Below, one piece after another: positions 37,871 through 47,560 of a stretch of 64,000 nt of DNA. This DNA comes from Clostridiales bacterium (GTDB lineage: Bacteria; Bacillota; Clostridia; Christensenellales; Aristaeellaceae): assembly GCA_015056175.1 (NCBI GenBank), contig SVGT01000001.1, positions 77,806 through 141,805 on the forward strand, in the 5' to 3' direction. The translations under genes and the position numbers were made by a program. Below the pieces are notes generated by a model that worked only from the letters and a program-made list of their open reading frames with translations, was not told the DNA's origin and did not search any database. The first letter of the stretch is position 1. Each line of letters begins with the position of its first letter.

Positions 37871-38419
37871 TTACTTCTTGCCGGCCTTGCCTTCCTTGCG
37901 GCGGATAACTTCGCCCTCGTACTTGATGCCCTTGCCCAGGTAGGGTTCAGGCTTACGGAGAGCGCGGATATCGGCGGCAAGGTTGCCGACCTGCTGCTTA
38001 TCGATACCCTTGACCACGATCTTGGTCTGGACAGGGGTTTCGAAGGTGATGGTTTCGGGGGCTTCGAAGATGACGGGATGAGAGAAACCGATCGCGATGT
38101 TCAGCTTCTTGCCGCCTTCTTCAGCAGCTGCGCGGTAACCGGTACCGACCATTTCCAGACTTTTGGAAAAGCCTTCGGTCACGCCAACCACCATGTTGTT
38201 GATCAGGGTGCGATACAGACCATGCTGAGCACGATGATCCTTGTTGTCAGTGGGACGGGTCACGTTAATAACGTTACCATTCAGTTCAACCTTGATATCA
38301 GGATTCACCTGCTGCGACAGCGTGCCCTTGGGACCAGTGACCGTCACCATGTTCTGGTCATTGATCTCAACCTTCACGCCGGCAGGAACGGGAATCGGAA
38401 GTCTTCCGATACGAGACAT
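37871..38419 (-). CDS. rplF: 50S ribosomal protein L6
   Basis: 182 aa; [19 protein letters not shown]..., C-terminus [25 protein letters not shown]. Confidence 0.98.
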   Translation of the reverse strand: MSRIGRLPIPVPAGVKVEINDQNMVTVTGPKGTLSQQVNPDIKVELNGNVINVTRPTDNKDHRAQHGLYRTLINNMVVGVTEGFSKSLEMVGTGYRAAAEEGGKKLNIAIGFSHPVIFEAPETITFETPVQTKIVVKGIDKQQVGNLAADIRALRKPEPYLGKGIKYEGEVIRRKEGKAGKK

Positions 38420-38447
38420 GTCTTATACCTCCAATGCGTGTTGGTTA

Positions 38448-38846
38448 TTACCAGACGTAGCACAGCACTTCGCCGCCGATGTTTTCCTTGCGGGCAGCGC
38501 GATCGGTCATCACGCCGCGGCTGGTGGAAACGATGGCGATGCCCAGACCGCCCAGAACCTTGGGCAGTTCTTCACAGGTCGCGTACACACGCAGACCGGG
38601 CTTGCTGATACGACGCAGACCCACGATAACGGGCTGCTTCTTGTCCTGGTACTTCAGGGTGATCTTGATGCTGCCCTGGATACCGTCGTTCAGATTTTCA
38701 ACCGACTTTACGTAGCCCTCGTCCAGAAGGATCTTGGCGATTGCCTTCTTCATGTTGCTGGCGGGGATCGTCACGGAATCATGACGGGCCACCTGCGCAT
38801 TGCGGATGCGGGTGAGCATATCGGCAATGGGATCATTAATAACCAT
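38448..38846 (-). CDS. rpsH: 30S ribosomal protein S8
   Basis: 132 aa; [18 protein letters not shown]... C-terminus GGEVLCYVW. Confidence 0.98.
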   Translation of the reverse strand: MVINDPIADMLTRIRNAQVARHDSVTIPASNMKKAIAKILLDEGYVKSVENLNDGIQGSIKITLKYQDKKQPVIVGLRRISKPGLRVYATCEELPKVLGGLGIAIVSTSRGVMTDRAARKENIGGEVLCYVW

Positions 38847-38865
38847 TTTGTAGCCTCCTTAACAC

Positions 38866-39051
38866 TTACCAGCTCGCTTTGCGGACGCCGGGGATCTGGC
38901 CCTTATAAGCCAGCTCTCTGAAGCAGATACGGCACACGCCGTAACGACGCAGCACACTGTGGGGACGGCCGCACAGAGTGCAGCGGGTGTACGCACGGGT
39001 GGAGTACTTGGCAGGACGGGCCTGACGCACTTTCATGCTAGTTTTAGCCAT
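38866..39051 (-). CDS. rpsN: 30S ribosomal protein S14, type Z (zinc-binding)
   Basis: 61 aa with CTLCGRP...CRICFRE Cys4. Confidence 0.97.
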   Translation of the reverse strand: MAKTSMKVRQARPAKYSTRAYTRCTLCGRPHSVLRRYGVCRICFRELAYKGQIPGVRKASW

Positions 39052-39069
39052 TTTTCTTTCTCCTCCCTA

Positions 39070-39612
39070 TTACTGAGCAAAAGGCATGCCCAGCAGACGC
39101 AGCAGCTCTTTGGCTTCTTCATCAGTCTTGGCGCTGGTGACGAAAATCATTTCCATGCCACGGATCTTTTCCACCTTATCGTATTCGATTTCGGGGAAGA
39201 TCAGCTGTTCCTTAACGCCCAGGGCATAGTTGCCACGGCCGTCAAAAGCCTTGTTGCTCACGCCGCGGAAGTCGCGCACGCGGGGCAGGGCGATGGACAC
39301 CAGTTTGTCCATGAATTCTTCCATACGAGCACCACGCAGGGTGACCTTGGCGCCAACGTTCATGCCTTCGCGGAGCTTGAAGTTCGCGATGGACTTCTTG
39401 GCGCGGGTGACCATGGGCTTCTGACCGGCGATCTGGGTCAGTTCCGCCACAGCCACTTCCAGAGCCTTGGCGTTGTCCTTGCAATCGCCCAGGCCCATGT
39501 TGATGATGATCTTCTCCAGACGGGGAATTTCCATCACGTTCTTATAGCCGAACTTCTGCTGCAAGGCAGGCACAGCTTCGGCAAGATATTTTTCATGAAT
39601 ACGAGTAGCCAT
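39070..39612 (-). CDS. rplE: 50S ribosomal protein L5
   Basis: 180 aa; conserved uL5 ([18 protein letters not shown]...). Confidence 0.98.
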   Translation of the reverse strand: MATRIHEKYLAEAVPALQQKFGYKNVMEIPRLEKIIINMGLGDCKDNAKALEVAVAELTQIAGQKPMVTRAKKSIANFKLREGMNVGAKVTLRGARMEEFMDKLVSIALPRVRDFRGVSNKAFDGRGNYALGVKEQLIFPEIEYDKVEKIRGMEMIFVTSAKTDEEAKELLRLLGMPFAQ

Positions 39613-39630
39613 GAATCTGTGTCCTCCTTA

Positions 39631-39942
39631 TCAGTCAATCTGAGCGCCGCACTTCTTGCAGACGCGCACTTTCTTACCATCTTCCAGCACCTTGTTGGCC
39701 ATACGGGAAGGCTTGCCGCACTTGGGGCAGACCACCATCACGTTGCTGGCGTCGATGTAAGCTTCCTTGTGAATGATGCCGCCCTGCTGGCCCTGAGCGC
39801 GGGCCTTCTGGTGCTTGGTGACCATGGCAACACCTTCAACGGTGATCTTGCCGGCCTTGGGGGCGACGGAAGTGACCTGACCCTGCTTGCCCTTGTCCTT
39901 ACCGGTGAGGACAACAACCTGATCTTTTGCCTTAACAAACAT
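39631..39942 (-). CDS. rplX: 50S ribosomal protein L24
   Basis: 103 aa with KOW motif VVVLTGKDKGKQGQV and a C-terminal Cys pair (CPKCG..CKKCG). Confidence 0.97.
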   Translation of the reverse strand: MFVKAKDQVVVLTGKDKGKQGQVTSVAPKAGKITVEGVAMVTKHQKARAQGQQGGIIHKEAYIDASNVMVVCPKCGKPSRMANKVLEDGKKVRVCKKCGAQID

Positions 39943-39957
39943 CTTCTATTGTCCTCC

Positions 39958-40326
39958 TTACAGTACTTCGGGAGCGAGGGACACGATCTTCATGTAGTCC
40001 TTCTCGCGCAGCTCGCGGGCCACCGGTCCAAAGATACGGGTGCCCTTGGGCATCTTGTCGGCGTTGATGATGACGGCGGCGTTATCGTCGAAACGAATGT
40101 AGCTACCATCGGGACGGCGCTGGGGCTGGTGGACGCGGACGATAACGGCCTTCACCACTTCGCCCTTCTTCACCTGTCCGCCGGGGGTCGCGCTCTTAAC
40201 AGAAGCAACGATCACATCGCCGATAGAACCGGCGCGGCGGAAGGAACCACCCAGCACGCGGATGCACATGATTTCCTTGGCGCCGGAGTTGTCGGCAACC
40301 TTGAGTCGCGTTTGCGGCTGAATCAT
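39958..40326 (-). CDS. rplN: 50S ribosomal protein L14
   Basis: 122 aa; [28 protein letters not shown]... Confidence 0.98.
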   Translation of the reverse strand: MIQPQTRLKVADNSGAKEIMCIRVLGGSFRRAGSIGDVIVASVKSATPGGQVKKGEVVKAVIVRVHQPQRRPDGSYIRFDDNAAVIINADKMPKGTRIFGPVARELREKDYMKIVSLAPEVL

Positions 40327-40498
40327 AGGGGATTTCCTCCTTTATAGGTTCCTCTTCATGGCGGCCTCAATGCCCCATGAGAGGTCGGATACTGAGATAC
40401 TCTGGACACCGGGCCCTAGACCGGATCCGGGAGCAGCGCCGCGCCTCCCTATTATATAGGAAGAAACGCAGCGGTACAGAGCCACGGCCTGTAATTGC
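40327..40498 (-). promoter_or_regulatory. Anomalous 172-nt spacer between rpsQ and rplN (possible internal promoter or structured RNA)
   Basis: Contains the palindrome CCTAT-ATA-ATAGG with an embedded TATAAT (plus-strand attata at 40451..40456) and GC palindromes (CCGGATCCGG, GGGCCC). No credible ORF. Confidence 0.3.
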
Positions 40499-40759
40499 TT
40501 ACTTGGCCTTTTCCACGATTTCAACCAGACGCCAACGCTTCTGCTTGGAAAGGGGACGGCATTCCATCACGCGGACGGTGTCGCCGATGCCGCACTGATT
40601 TTCTTCATCGTGCGCAGTGATCTTGGTGGTACGGGTGATGAACTTGCCGTACAGGGGATGACGCACGCGGGTGGAGAGGGACACAGTGATGGTCTTGTCC
40701 ATCTTATCGCTGATGACCACGCCAACGCGGGTCTTGCGGATGCCTCTTGCTTCAGACAT
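40499..40759 (-). CDS. rpsQ: 30S ribosomal protein S17
   Basis: [26 protein letters not shown]... Start trimmed to ATG 40759. Confidence 0.97.
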   Translation of the reverse strand: MSEARGIRKTRVGVVISDKMDKTITVSLSTRVRHPLYGKFITRTTKITAHDEENQCGIGDTVRVMECRPLSKQKRWRLVEIVEKAK

Positions 40760-40787
40760 TGTATTGACTCCTTTCACGGCTTATCGG

Positions 40788-40982
40788 TCAGGCTTTCTTG
40801 TTCTGCTGGGTCTGCACGGTAAGCGCACGGGCGATATCGCGCTTCACAGCAACAATCTGCATGGTGTTCTCAAGCTGACCGGTGGCGAGCCGGAAACGAA
40901 GGTTGAAAAGCTCACTCTTGAGCTCAGCGATCTTCGCGGTCAATTCCTCGGGCTTCATGGCTGCGAATTCCTTAGCCTTCAT
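40788..40982 (-). CDS. rpmC: 50S ribosomal protein L29
   Basis: 64 aa; [27 protein letters not shown]. Confidence 0.97.
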   Translation of the reverse strand: MKAKEFAAMKPEELTAKIAELKSELFNLRFRLATGQLENTMQIVAVKRDIARALTVQTQQNKKA

Positions 40983-41419
40983 TTGCTTTCACCTTCCGCT
41001 TCATTTTTGTCGTCTTCACGGAGGAGGACCTTGGTGCGCAGGGGCAGCTTGCCAGCAGCCAGACGCAGGGCTTCGCGAGCCACAGTAAGGTCGATACCGC
41101 CGATTTCGAACAGGACACGGCCGGGCTTAACCACGGCCACCCAGTACTCGGGAGAACCCTTACCGGAACCCATTCGGGTTTCAGCGGGCTTCGCAGTTAC
41201 GGGCTTATCGGGGAAAATCTTGATCCAAACCTGACCGCCGCGCTTGGTGTAACGGGTCAGGGCGACACGAGCAGCTTCGATCTGCTGGCTGGTAACCCAG
41301 CAGGGTTCCATGGCCACCAGGCCGATATCGCCGTGGCTGATGAAGTTGCCGCGGTGGGCAGCGCCCTTCATACGACCGCGGAACTGCTTGCGGTGCTTAA
41401 CTCTCTTAGGCATCAGCAT
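40979..41419 (-). CDS. rplP: 50S ribosomal protein L16
   Basis: 146 aa; [19 protein letters not shown]... Confidence 0.98.
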   Translation of the reverse strand: MLMPKRVKHRKQFRGRMKGAAHRGNFISHGDIGLVAMEPCWVTSQQIEAARVALTRYTKRGGQVWIKIFPDKPVTAKPAETRMGSGKGSPEYWVAVVKPGRVLFEIGGIDLTVAREALRLAAGKLPLRTKVLLREDDKNEAEGESK

Positions 41420-41423
41420 AGGA

Positions 41424-42101
41424 TTACTTGCCTCCTTCGTTGGCCTGAGCGGGCTTTACAACCTTCTTGGCCTTGGGCAGAATCTGGCCCTTGTACACCC
41501 AGACCTTCACGCCCAGACGACCGTAGGTGGTCTTCGCCTCGGCAAAGCCGTAGTCGATGTTGGCGCGCAGAGTCTGCAGCGGAATGGAACCTTCATGATA
41601 GTGCTCGGTGCGGGCGATGTCCGCGCCGCCCAGACGGCCGGAGATGGCGACCTTGACGCCCTTGGCGCCGGCCTTCATGGCACGCTGGATGGAAGACTTC
41701 ATGGCGCGACGGAAAGCGATACGCTTTTCCAGCTGCTGGGCGATGTTTTCGGCGACCAGCTGCGCGTCCTGATCAGGGGACTTAACGTCCATCACGTTGA
41801 TGTTCACGGCATGGCCGACGAACTTTTCAACTTCAGCCTTCAGCTCTTCGATACCCTTGCCGCCGCGGCCGATGATCATGCCGGGCTTGCCGGTGAAGAT
41901 GTTCACGTTCATGCGGGACGCGCTGCGTTCAATATCGATGCGGCTGATGCCGGTGGAGTAGAACTTTTCCTTCAGCATTTCGCGGAGCTCGAAGTCTTCC
42001 TTCAGCTGAGCAGCGAAATCCTTCTTGTTAGAATACCAACGAGTGCTCCAGTCGAAGATAACGCCGACGCGGGCACCGCGGGGATTAACTTTCTGACCCA
42101 T
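41424..42101 (-). CDS. rpsC: 30S ribosomal protein S3
   Basis: [23 protein letters not shown]... Start trimmed to ATG 42101 (GGGAGG SD). Confidence 0.98.
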   Translation of the reverse strand: MGQKVNPRGARVGVIFDWSTRWYSNKKDFAAQLKEDFELREMLKEKFYSTGISRIDIERSASRMNVNIFTGKPGMIIGRGGKGIEELKAEVEKFVGHAVNINVMDVKSPDQDAQLVAENIAQQLEKRIAFRRAMKSSIQRAMKAGAKGVKVAISGRLGGADIARTEHYHEGSIPLQTLRANIDYGFAEAKTTYGRLGVKVWVYKGQILPKAKKVVKPAQANEGGK

Positions 42102-42114
42102 GGTTGATCCTCCC

Positions 42115-42501
42115 TTACTTCTTCTGGTCGAGCACCACGCTGATGTGGCAGGTGCGCTTGAGCATGGGGGACGCACTGCCGCGGCTGCGCGCCACGTAGC
42201 GCTTCAGGGTGGGGCCGGGGTTGGCGTAGCACTCAGCCACATACAGGTCGCTGCGGTTCATTTCCTGATTGTTCACCGCGTTGGCGATGGCAGAGGACAG
42301 CACCTTGTAGATGACGGGAGAAGCCGCCTTGGGGGTAAACTGCAGAATAGCCAGCGCCTGGTCCACCTGCTTGCCGCGGATGAGATCCAGCACAATGCCC
42401 GCTTTACGGGAAGAGATGCGGATGTACTTGGCGGTGGCATGGGGGCGCTTGTCGCGGTTTTCAGCGCGAGCGGCACCCTTTTCACGGGTATTGGTTGCCA
42501 T
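42115..42501 (-). CDS. rplV: 50S ribosomal protein L22
   Basis: 128 aa; [32 protein letters not shown]. Confidence 0.97.
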   Translation of the reverse strand: MATNTREKGAARAENRDKRPHATAKYIRISSRKAGIVLDLIRGKQVDQALAILQFTPKAASPVIYKVLSSAIANAVNNQEMNRSDLYVAECYANPGPTLKRYVARSRGSASPMLKRTCHISVVLDQKK

Positions 42502-42521
42502 TTTCTTTCGCTCCCTTCCTA

Positions 42522-42797
42522 TTACTTACGCTCCGACTTCGCACCGGCGTGGCCGCGATAGGTGCGGGTGGGGGCGAATTCGCCCAGCTTGTGGCCAACC
42601 ATGTCTTCGGTGACGTACACCGGCACATGCTTGCGGCCGTCATGGACGGCGATGGTGTGACCCACGAACTGAGGGAAGATGGTAGAGGCGCGAGACCAGG
42701 TCTTGAGGACCTGCTTGGCGCCGGACTTGTTCATTTCTTCGACGCGCTTAAGCAGCGCTTCCTGAACAAAGGGGCCCTTCTTAATGGAACGGCTCAT
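42522..42797 (-). CDS. rpsS: 30S ribosomal protein S19
   Basis: 91 aa; [19 protein letters not shown]... [16 protein letters not shown]. Confidence 0.98.
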   Translation of the reverse strand: MSRSIKKGPFVQEALLKRVEEMNKSGAKQVLKTWSRASTIFPQFVGHTIAVHDGRKHVPVYVTEDMVGHKLGEFAPTRTYRGHAGAKSERK

Positions 42798-42812
42798 ATC
42801 TAAATTGCCTCC

Positions 42813-43643
42813 TTACTTGCTGGCGCGCTTCACAATCAGCTTGTTGGAATACTTCTTGTGCTTGCGAGTCTTCAGACCCAGAGCGGGCTTGCCCCAGGGA
42901 GTAACAGGCGCGGGCATACCAACGGGGGATTTGCCTTCGCCGCCGCCGTGGGGATGGTCGCAGGGGTTCATGACGACGCCGCGGACGGAGGGACGGATGC
43001 CCATATGACGGGAACGGCCGGCCTTACCAATGCGGACGTTGCTGTGATCGGTGTTGCCCACGGTGCCGATGGTGGCCATGGCATTCATGGGGATCTTGCG
43101 GTACTCGCCGGAGGGGAGACGCACCTGAGCGTAATCGTCTTCCTTACCCATCAGCTGGGCGTAGGCGCCGGCGCTGCGGACAATCTGGCCGCCCTTGCCG
43201 GGCTTGAGCTCCAGGTTGTGGATCAGAGTACCAACGGGGATGTTGCGGATAGGCAGCGCGTTGCCGGGCTTGATGTCGGCGCCTTCGCCGGACATCACAG
43301 TGTCGCCCACCTTCAGGTCAACGGGAGCCAGGATGTAGCGCTTTTCGCCGTCAGCGTAGTTCAGCAGCGCGATGAAGGCGGAACGGTTGGGATCGTATTC
43401 GATCGCAGCCACCTTGGCGGGGATACCGAACTTGTTGCGCTTGAAGTCGATGATGCGGTACTTGCGCTTGTTGCCGCCGCCCTGATGACGGACGGTGATC
43501 TTGCCCTGCTTGTTGCGGCCGGCGTTCTTCTTGAGGATCTCGGTCAAAGACTTTTCAGGAGCCTTCTTGGTGATCTCTTCGAACGTGAGGACCGACATAA
43601 AACGGTGGGCGGGCGTAGTGGGTTTATAATTGCGAATAGCCAT
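42813..43643 (-). CDS. rplB: 50S ribosomal protein L2
   Basis: 276 aa; [15 protein letters not shown]..., [10 protein letters not shown]. Confidence 0.98.
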   Translation of the reverse strand: MAIRNYKPTTPAHRFMSVLTFEEITKKAPEKSLTEILKKNAGRNKQGKITVRHQGGGNKRKYRIIDFKRNKFGIPAKVAAIEYDPNRSAFIALLNYADGEKRYILAPVDLKVGDTVMSGEGADIKPGNALPIRNIPVGTLIHNLELKPGKGGQIVRSAGAYAQLMGKEDDYAQVRLPSGEYRKIPMNAMATIGTVGNTDHSNVRIGKAGRSRHMGIRPSVRGVVMNPCDHPHGGGEGKSPVGMPAPVTPWGKPALGLKTRKHKKYSNKLIVKRASK

Positions 43644-43657
43644 TCTTAAGCCCTCCC

Positions 43658-43954
43658 TTAAATCATACCCTCGAAGAATTCGATGGGCTTGGAATCTTCA
43701 GTCAGCTGCACATAGGCCTTCTTCACTTCGGGAGTACGGCCGGCATGCATGCCCTGACGCTTGATCTTACCTTCGGTGCGCAGCGTATTGACGCTCTTGA
43801 CCTTGATGTTGGGGAACACGGTTTCCAGCGCCTTCTTGATTTCGATCTTGTTGGCGTTCAGAGCCACTTCGAAAACGTAGCGCTTGTCCGCAATGCCGTC
43901 ATAGCCCTTTTCGGTCAGGACGGGGCGCAGGATGATATCATGTGCATACTTCAT
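43658..43954 (-). CDS. rplW: 50S ribosomal protein L23
   Basis: 98 aa; [12 protein letters not shown]... [16 protein letters not shown]. Confidence 0.97.
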   Translation of the reverse strand: MKYAHDIILRPVLTEKGYDGIADKRYVFEVALNANKIEIKKALETVFPNIKVKSVNTLRTEGKIKRQGMHAGRTPEVKKAYVQLTEDSKPIEFFEGMI

Positions 43955-44568
43955 GCGAACACCTCCTGAATAGCCTCAACGGCTTCCTTGGTGACGACGA
44001 TCTTGTCGGCGTTGAGCAGGTCGTACACGTTGATGGTGTTCACATAAGCATCCTTCACGTAGGGGATGTTCTTGGAAGCGCGCACGATCTTGTCTTCCTT
44101 GCCGGGCAGAACCAGCAGAGTCTTCTTCTCGGCGCCCAGTTCCTTGAGCATACCGGCGACCAGCTTGGTCTTGGCTTCGGCAAGTTCGATCTTGTCCACA
44201 ACGATCATGTCACCAAGCTTGCTGGTCAGGGCGCTCTTCATAGCGAGGCGGCGGACCTTCTTGGGCACGTTGATGACATAGTCGCGGGGCTGGGGAGCAA
44301 ACACCACGCCGCCGTGACGGAACTGGGGAGCGCGGTTGCCATGATGGCGGGCATTACCGGTGCCCTTCTGGCGATAAATCTTACGGCCACCGCCGCGAAC
44401 CATGCCGCGGGTGAGGGCGCTCTGGGTGCCCTGACGCTGGGCGGCCAGGTAGGAGCGGACGACCAGGTGCATGGCGGGAACATTGACTTCGACGGCGAAG
44501 ATGCTGTCGCTCAGTTCCATGCTGCCCACCTGCTTGCCGTGCATATCTACCACTGCAATGTTAGGCAT
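43951..44568 (-). CDS. rplD: 50S ribosomal protein L4
   Basis: 205 aa; [32 protein letters not shown]. Confidence 0.98.
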   Translation of the reverse strand: [205 protein letters not shown]

Positions 44569-44586
44569 AATTTCGTTCCTCCTTGA

Positions 44587-45228
44587 TTAGGCCTTGCAGG
44601 AGTTGCGGATGAGGAGCAGACCCTTCTTGGGGCCGGGCACCGCGCCGCGCACGAGCAGCAAAGAGCGCTCGGCATCCACCTGCACGATGGACAGATTCTG
44701 GATGGTCACACGCTCGACGCCGTAGTGACCGGACATCTTCTTACCCTTGAAGACGCGGGAGGGGTCAGAGTTAGCGCTCATGGAGCCGACGCCGCGATGA
44801 TACTTGGAGCCGTGAGCCATGGGGCCGGTGTGGTGGTTCCAGCGATAGATGGCGCCGGTGAAACCGTGACCCTTGGAAGTACCGGTGATGTCAACCTTGT
44901 CTTCGGTGGTGAAGACGTCAGCCTTCACGACCTGGCCCACTTCGTAGGAAGCGCTGTCTTCCAGACGGAATTCGCGCAGCACGCGCATGGGCTTGACGTT
45001 GGCCTTGGCGTAGTGGCCGGCTTCAGGCTTGTTGACCAGCTTGGCCACACGGTTTTCGGGGATTTCTTCAAAACCGAACTGCACGGCTTCGTAGCCGTCC
45101 TTTTCGTTGGTCTTCTTCTGCACCACAGTGCAGGGGCCCGCCTGGATGACCGTCACAGGAACGAGGCGGCCGTCGGGCAGGAAGACCTGGGTCATACCCA
45201 GCTTTTTGCCGATGATTGCCTTTTTCAT
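44587..45228 (-). CDS. rplC: 50S ribosomal protein L3
   Basis: 213 aa; [16 protein letters not shown]... [10 protein letters not shown]. Confidence 0.98.
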   Translation of the reverse strand: MKKAIIGKKLGMTQVFLPDGRLVPVTVIQAGPCTVVQKKTNEKDGYEAVQFGFEEIPENRVAKLVNKPEAGHYAKANVKPMRVLREFRLEDSASYEVGQVVKADVFTTEDKVDITGTSKGHGFTGAIYRWNHHTGPMAHGSKYHRGVGSMSANSDPSRVFKGKKMSGHYGVERVTIQNLSIVQVDAERSLLLVRGAVPGPKKGLLLIRNSCKA

Positions 45229-45246
45229 TGATGTAGCCCTCCTGCC

Positions 45247-45555
45247 TTACAGCTTGATTTCGATTTCGACGCCGGCAGGCAGATCGAGCTTCATCATAGC
45301 GTCCACGGTGCGGGGGTTGGGGTTATGCACGTCGATGAGGCGCTTATGAGTGCGGCGTTCGAACTGTTCGCGGCTGTCCTTGTACTTGTGGGGAGAACGG
45401 AGGATCGTCACGATCTCCTTCTCGGTGGGCAGCGGGATGGGGCCCGATACTCGGGCGCCGGTGCGCTTGGCGGTTTCCACAATGCGCTCGGCGGACTGGT
45501 CGATCAGATTGTGTTCATACGCCTTGAGCTTGATGCGGATCTTCTGGCTGGCCAT
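45247..45555 (-). CDS. rpsJ: 30S ribosomal protein S10
   Basis: 102 aa; [31 protein letters not shown]. Confidence 0.98.
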   Translation of the reverse strand: MASQKIRIKLKAYEHNLIDQSAERIVETAKRTGARVSGPIPLPTEKEIVTILRSPHKYKDSREQFERRTHKRLIDVHNPNPRTVDAMMKLDLPAGVEIEIKL

Positions 45556-45780
45556 GTTTCTTCCTCCTTGATTTCGTACTCGCGGTCACGCGGGGGGAGT
45601 CTTTCCGGCACGGGGGCGCTTCGCAGGGCGCGTCCCACTTCGTGGGGAAAGCCCGGTGCCATCCCGCGCATTTTCTGCGCGGTGTGAGTCCGTCGACGGG
45701 GTCTGGCCCCGTCTGGTCTGCGATAATTACCCGCCCTGGCCGGGGCGGCAACTTACCGCTTCATCCCATAAACAGACAAC
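45556..45780 (-). promoter_or_regulatory. ~225-nt GC-rich structured 5' leader of the S10 operon
   Basis: Between the promoter and the rpsJ SD there are at least four strong hairpins: CCGCCC/GGGCGG, GACGGGG/CCCCGTC, CCGCGCA/TGCGCGG, and a long compound stem GGCAC..GTGCC. Confidence 0.55.
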
Positions 45781-45786
45781 ATTAGC

Positions 45787-45815
45787 ATTATACATGATCT
45801 AACTGATAATTGCAA
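45787..45815 (-). promoter_or_regulatory. Strong sigma-A promoter of the S10 operon (TTGCAA-17-TATAAT) with A-rich UP-like element
   Basis: Minus strand: TTGCAA (45815..45810), 17-nt spacer, TATAAT (45792..45787). Upstream is gcaaaaaaagtttcagaaaatgagaaaaacc. Confidence 0.75.
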
Positions 45816-45991
45816 TAGGTTTTTCTCATTTTCTGAAACTTTTTTTGCAAAATTTTCACCATGAATGGCCAGAAAACCTTGATTTTACGCCCCTTCCGCT
45901 TTTTGGCCATGTCAACGCATCCGGGTGTGTTGTAATTCCCGTTTATGACCGTTTCCGTTCCGGGCGGAGGCCTTGACAGGCGCCTTTTTCA

Positions 45992-46019
45992 AGCAAAAAA
46001 CGGAGGCTTTCGCCCCCGT
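45992..46019 (-). terminator. Rho-independent terminator after the serine hydrolase gene
   Basis: Minus-strand stem ACGGGGGC/GCCTCCGT (one G-U) with loop gaaa, followed by TTTTTT. Confidence 0.7.
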
Positions 46020-46105
46020 TTATCCCAACTTTTCCATCCCCTTTGACAGGGCATGTAAAAATTGTGCAAAGAACATACATTTATCACATGACAGAGCCGT
46101 TTCCG

Positions 46106-47536
46106 TCAGATGCTGCCCTCCAGTTTGATGCCCTCGCCCGCAAAGGGGAAGGCCACGGAGCAGCCGTCCACGTACACGCCGTCCTCCTCAAAGCGGAAGG
46201 TGTTGTCCATGGAGTAGGGGCCGTCAGGCGTGCGGGCAACCAGCGTAAGCTTCCCGTCCTGCCAGCCGTAGGCGCCCAGGATATCCATGCCCGTGGGGCA
46301 GAAGGGCGCGTCCTCATACCGGGTTTTACGGAACTCGCCCTGACCGAACACCACGGTCTGCACTGCCGTTTCGCCGGGAAGGGCGTAGGCCTGGGCCGTC
46401 AGCATAATATCGCTGTCCGCATCCTGCTGGGCAAAGGTGAGCACCGTTTTGCCCTCTTCGTTTTCCAGCACGAGCGTGCCGTTTACCGCGCGCTCGCCGC
46501 GGCCGGAGGGCACGGGATAGGCCAGATCCTTCAGCAGCGCTTCCAGCTCCAGCTTTTCTGCCTCGGTGCCCTCTTCCATATCCGCCGCGTCAAAGAGATA
46601 TTCGTGCACCCAGTCAAGCTCCGTATCGATCCTGTTGCAGCCGGCGGTAACGGCCACCACCATATCCTTTTCCTCATCCACCACGCAGTACTGGCCAAAC
46701 ATGCCGTCGCCGCGGTAGCGGCCAAAGCGGCAGCGCCAGAACTGGTAGCCGTAGCCCTTGTTCCAGTCGGAATCGGGATCAGGGTTGTGATGGGCGTTGC
46801 TGATGTGCACGGAGGTGGCGTTTTCCACCCAGCCCTCAGGCAGCACGCGCTCGCCCTCCCACATGCCGTGCTGCAAAAGCAGCTGGCCAAATTTGGCGAT
46901 ATCCGAGGATGCGATGTGCAAACCCCAGCCGCCGCAGCACACGCCCTGAGGGCAGGTGTCCCAGTCGGGCTTTTTGATACCCAGCTTGTCAAACATGCGG
47001 GGCATCAGATAATCGCGGATGTTCATGCCCGCCACCTTCTGCACCATGCGGGAGGCAAGATAGGTGCCGTGGGAATTATAATGGAAATACGTGCCGGGCT
47101 CGTGCACCACGGGGAAGGACAGGGTAAACTTGCCCCAGTCCTCTCCGTGGGTATCAAAGCCGTCGGAATCGGGATGGAGCCCGGAGCCCATGCACAGAAG
47201 GTGGGACAGGGTGATCTTCTTTAAGTCCTCGGAAGGATTTTCGGGAGCGCACTCAGGCAGCACGTCCACCACCTTACTGTCCCAGGACAAAAGCCCCTCC
47301 GCCACCGCAAAACCGCAGGCGGCAGAGCAGAAGGATTTGCTCAAAGAATACATCACATGGGGCGTCTTATCGTCATAGGGGCCAAAGTTGATCTTCGCCG
47401 CCACCTTGCCGTGGCGCAAAACCACCACGCTGTGATAGCCCAGCTTGCTTTCCAGCGCCTTTTTGACAAACGTCAGAATGCCCTTGCTGGATACGCCCGC
47501 CTCCTCCGGGAAGCGGCACACAGGAAATTCATGCAT
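46106..47536 (-). CDS. Serine hydrolase (class C beta-lactamase-like) with C-terminal extension
   Basis: 476 aa with SxxK (SLSK) and a YxN-like motif (YNS). The C-terminal ~130 aa form a beta-rich domain. Confidence 0.8.
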   Translation of the reverse strand: MHEFPVCRFPEEAGVSSKGILTFVKKALESKLGYHSVVVLRHGKVAAKINFGPYDDKTPHVMYSLSKSFCSAACGFAVAEGLLSWDSKVVDVLPECAPENPSEDLKKITLSHLLCMGSGLHPDSDGFDTHGEDWGKFTLSFPVVHEPGTYFHYNSHGTYLASRMVQKVAGMNIRDYLMPRMFDKLGIKKPDWDTCPQGVCCGGWGLHIASSDIAKFGQLLLQHGMWEGERVLPEGWVENATSVHISNAHHNPDPDSDWNKGYGYQFWRCRFGRYRGDGMFGQYCVVDEEKDMVVAVTAGCNRIDTELDWVHEYLFDAADMEEGTEAEKLELEALLKDLAYPVPSGRGERAVNGTLVLENEEGKTVLTFAQQDADSDIMLTAQAYALPGETAVQTVVFGQGEFRKTRYEDAPFCPTGMDILGAYGWQDGKLTLVARTPDGPYSMDNTFRFEEDGVYVDGCSVAFPFAGEGIKLEGSI

Positions 47537-47560
47537 TGTTCTTTTCCTCCCTCGTATGGA

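Noticed and set aside
34488-40347. Chain of long plus-strand ORFs (827, 602 and 462 aa) across the ribosomal-protein operon.
   Set aside because: They are antisense to universally conserved r-protein genes, secY and adk. The translations are G/D/H/A-rich nonsense.
40342-40524. 60-aa minus-strand ORF in the rpsQ-rplN spacer.
   Set aside because: It starts inside the 3' end of rpsQ in another frame, has Gly/Arg/Ser-rich composition and no SD. The spacer is more plausibly non-coding.
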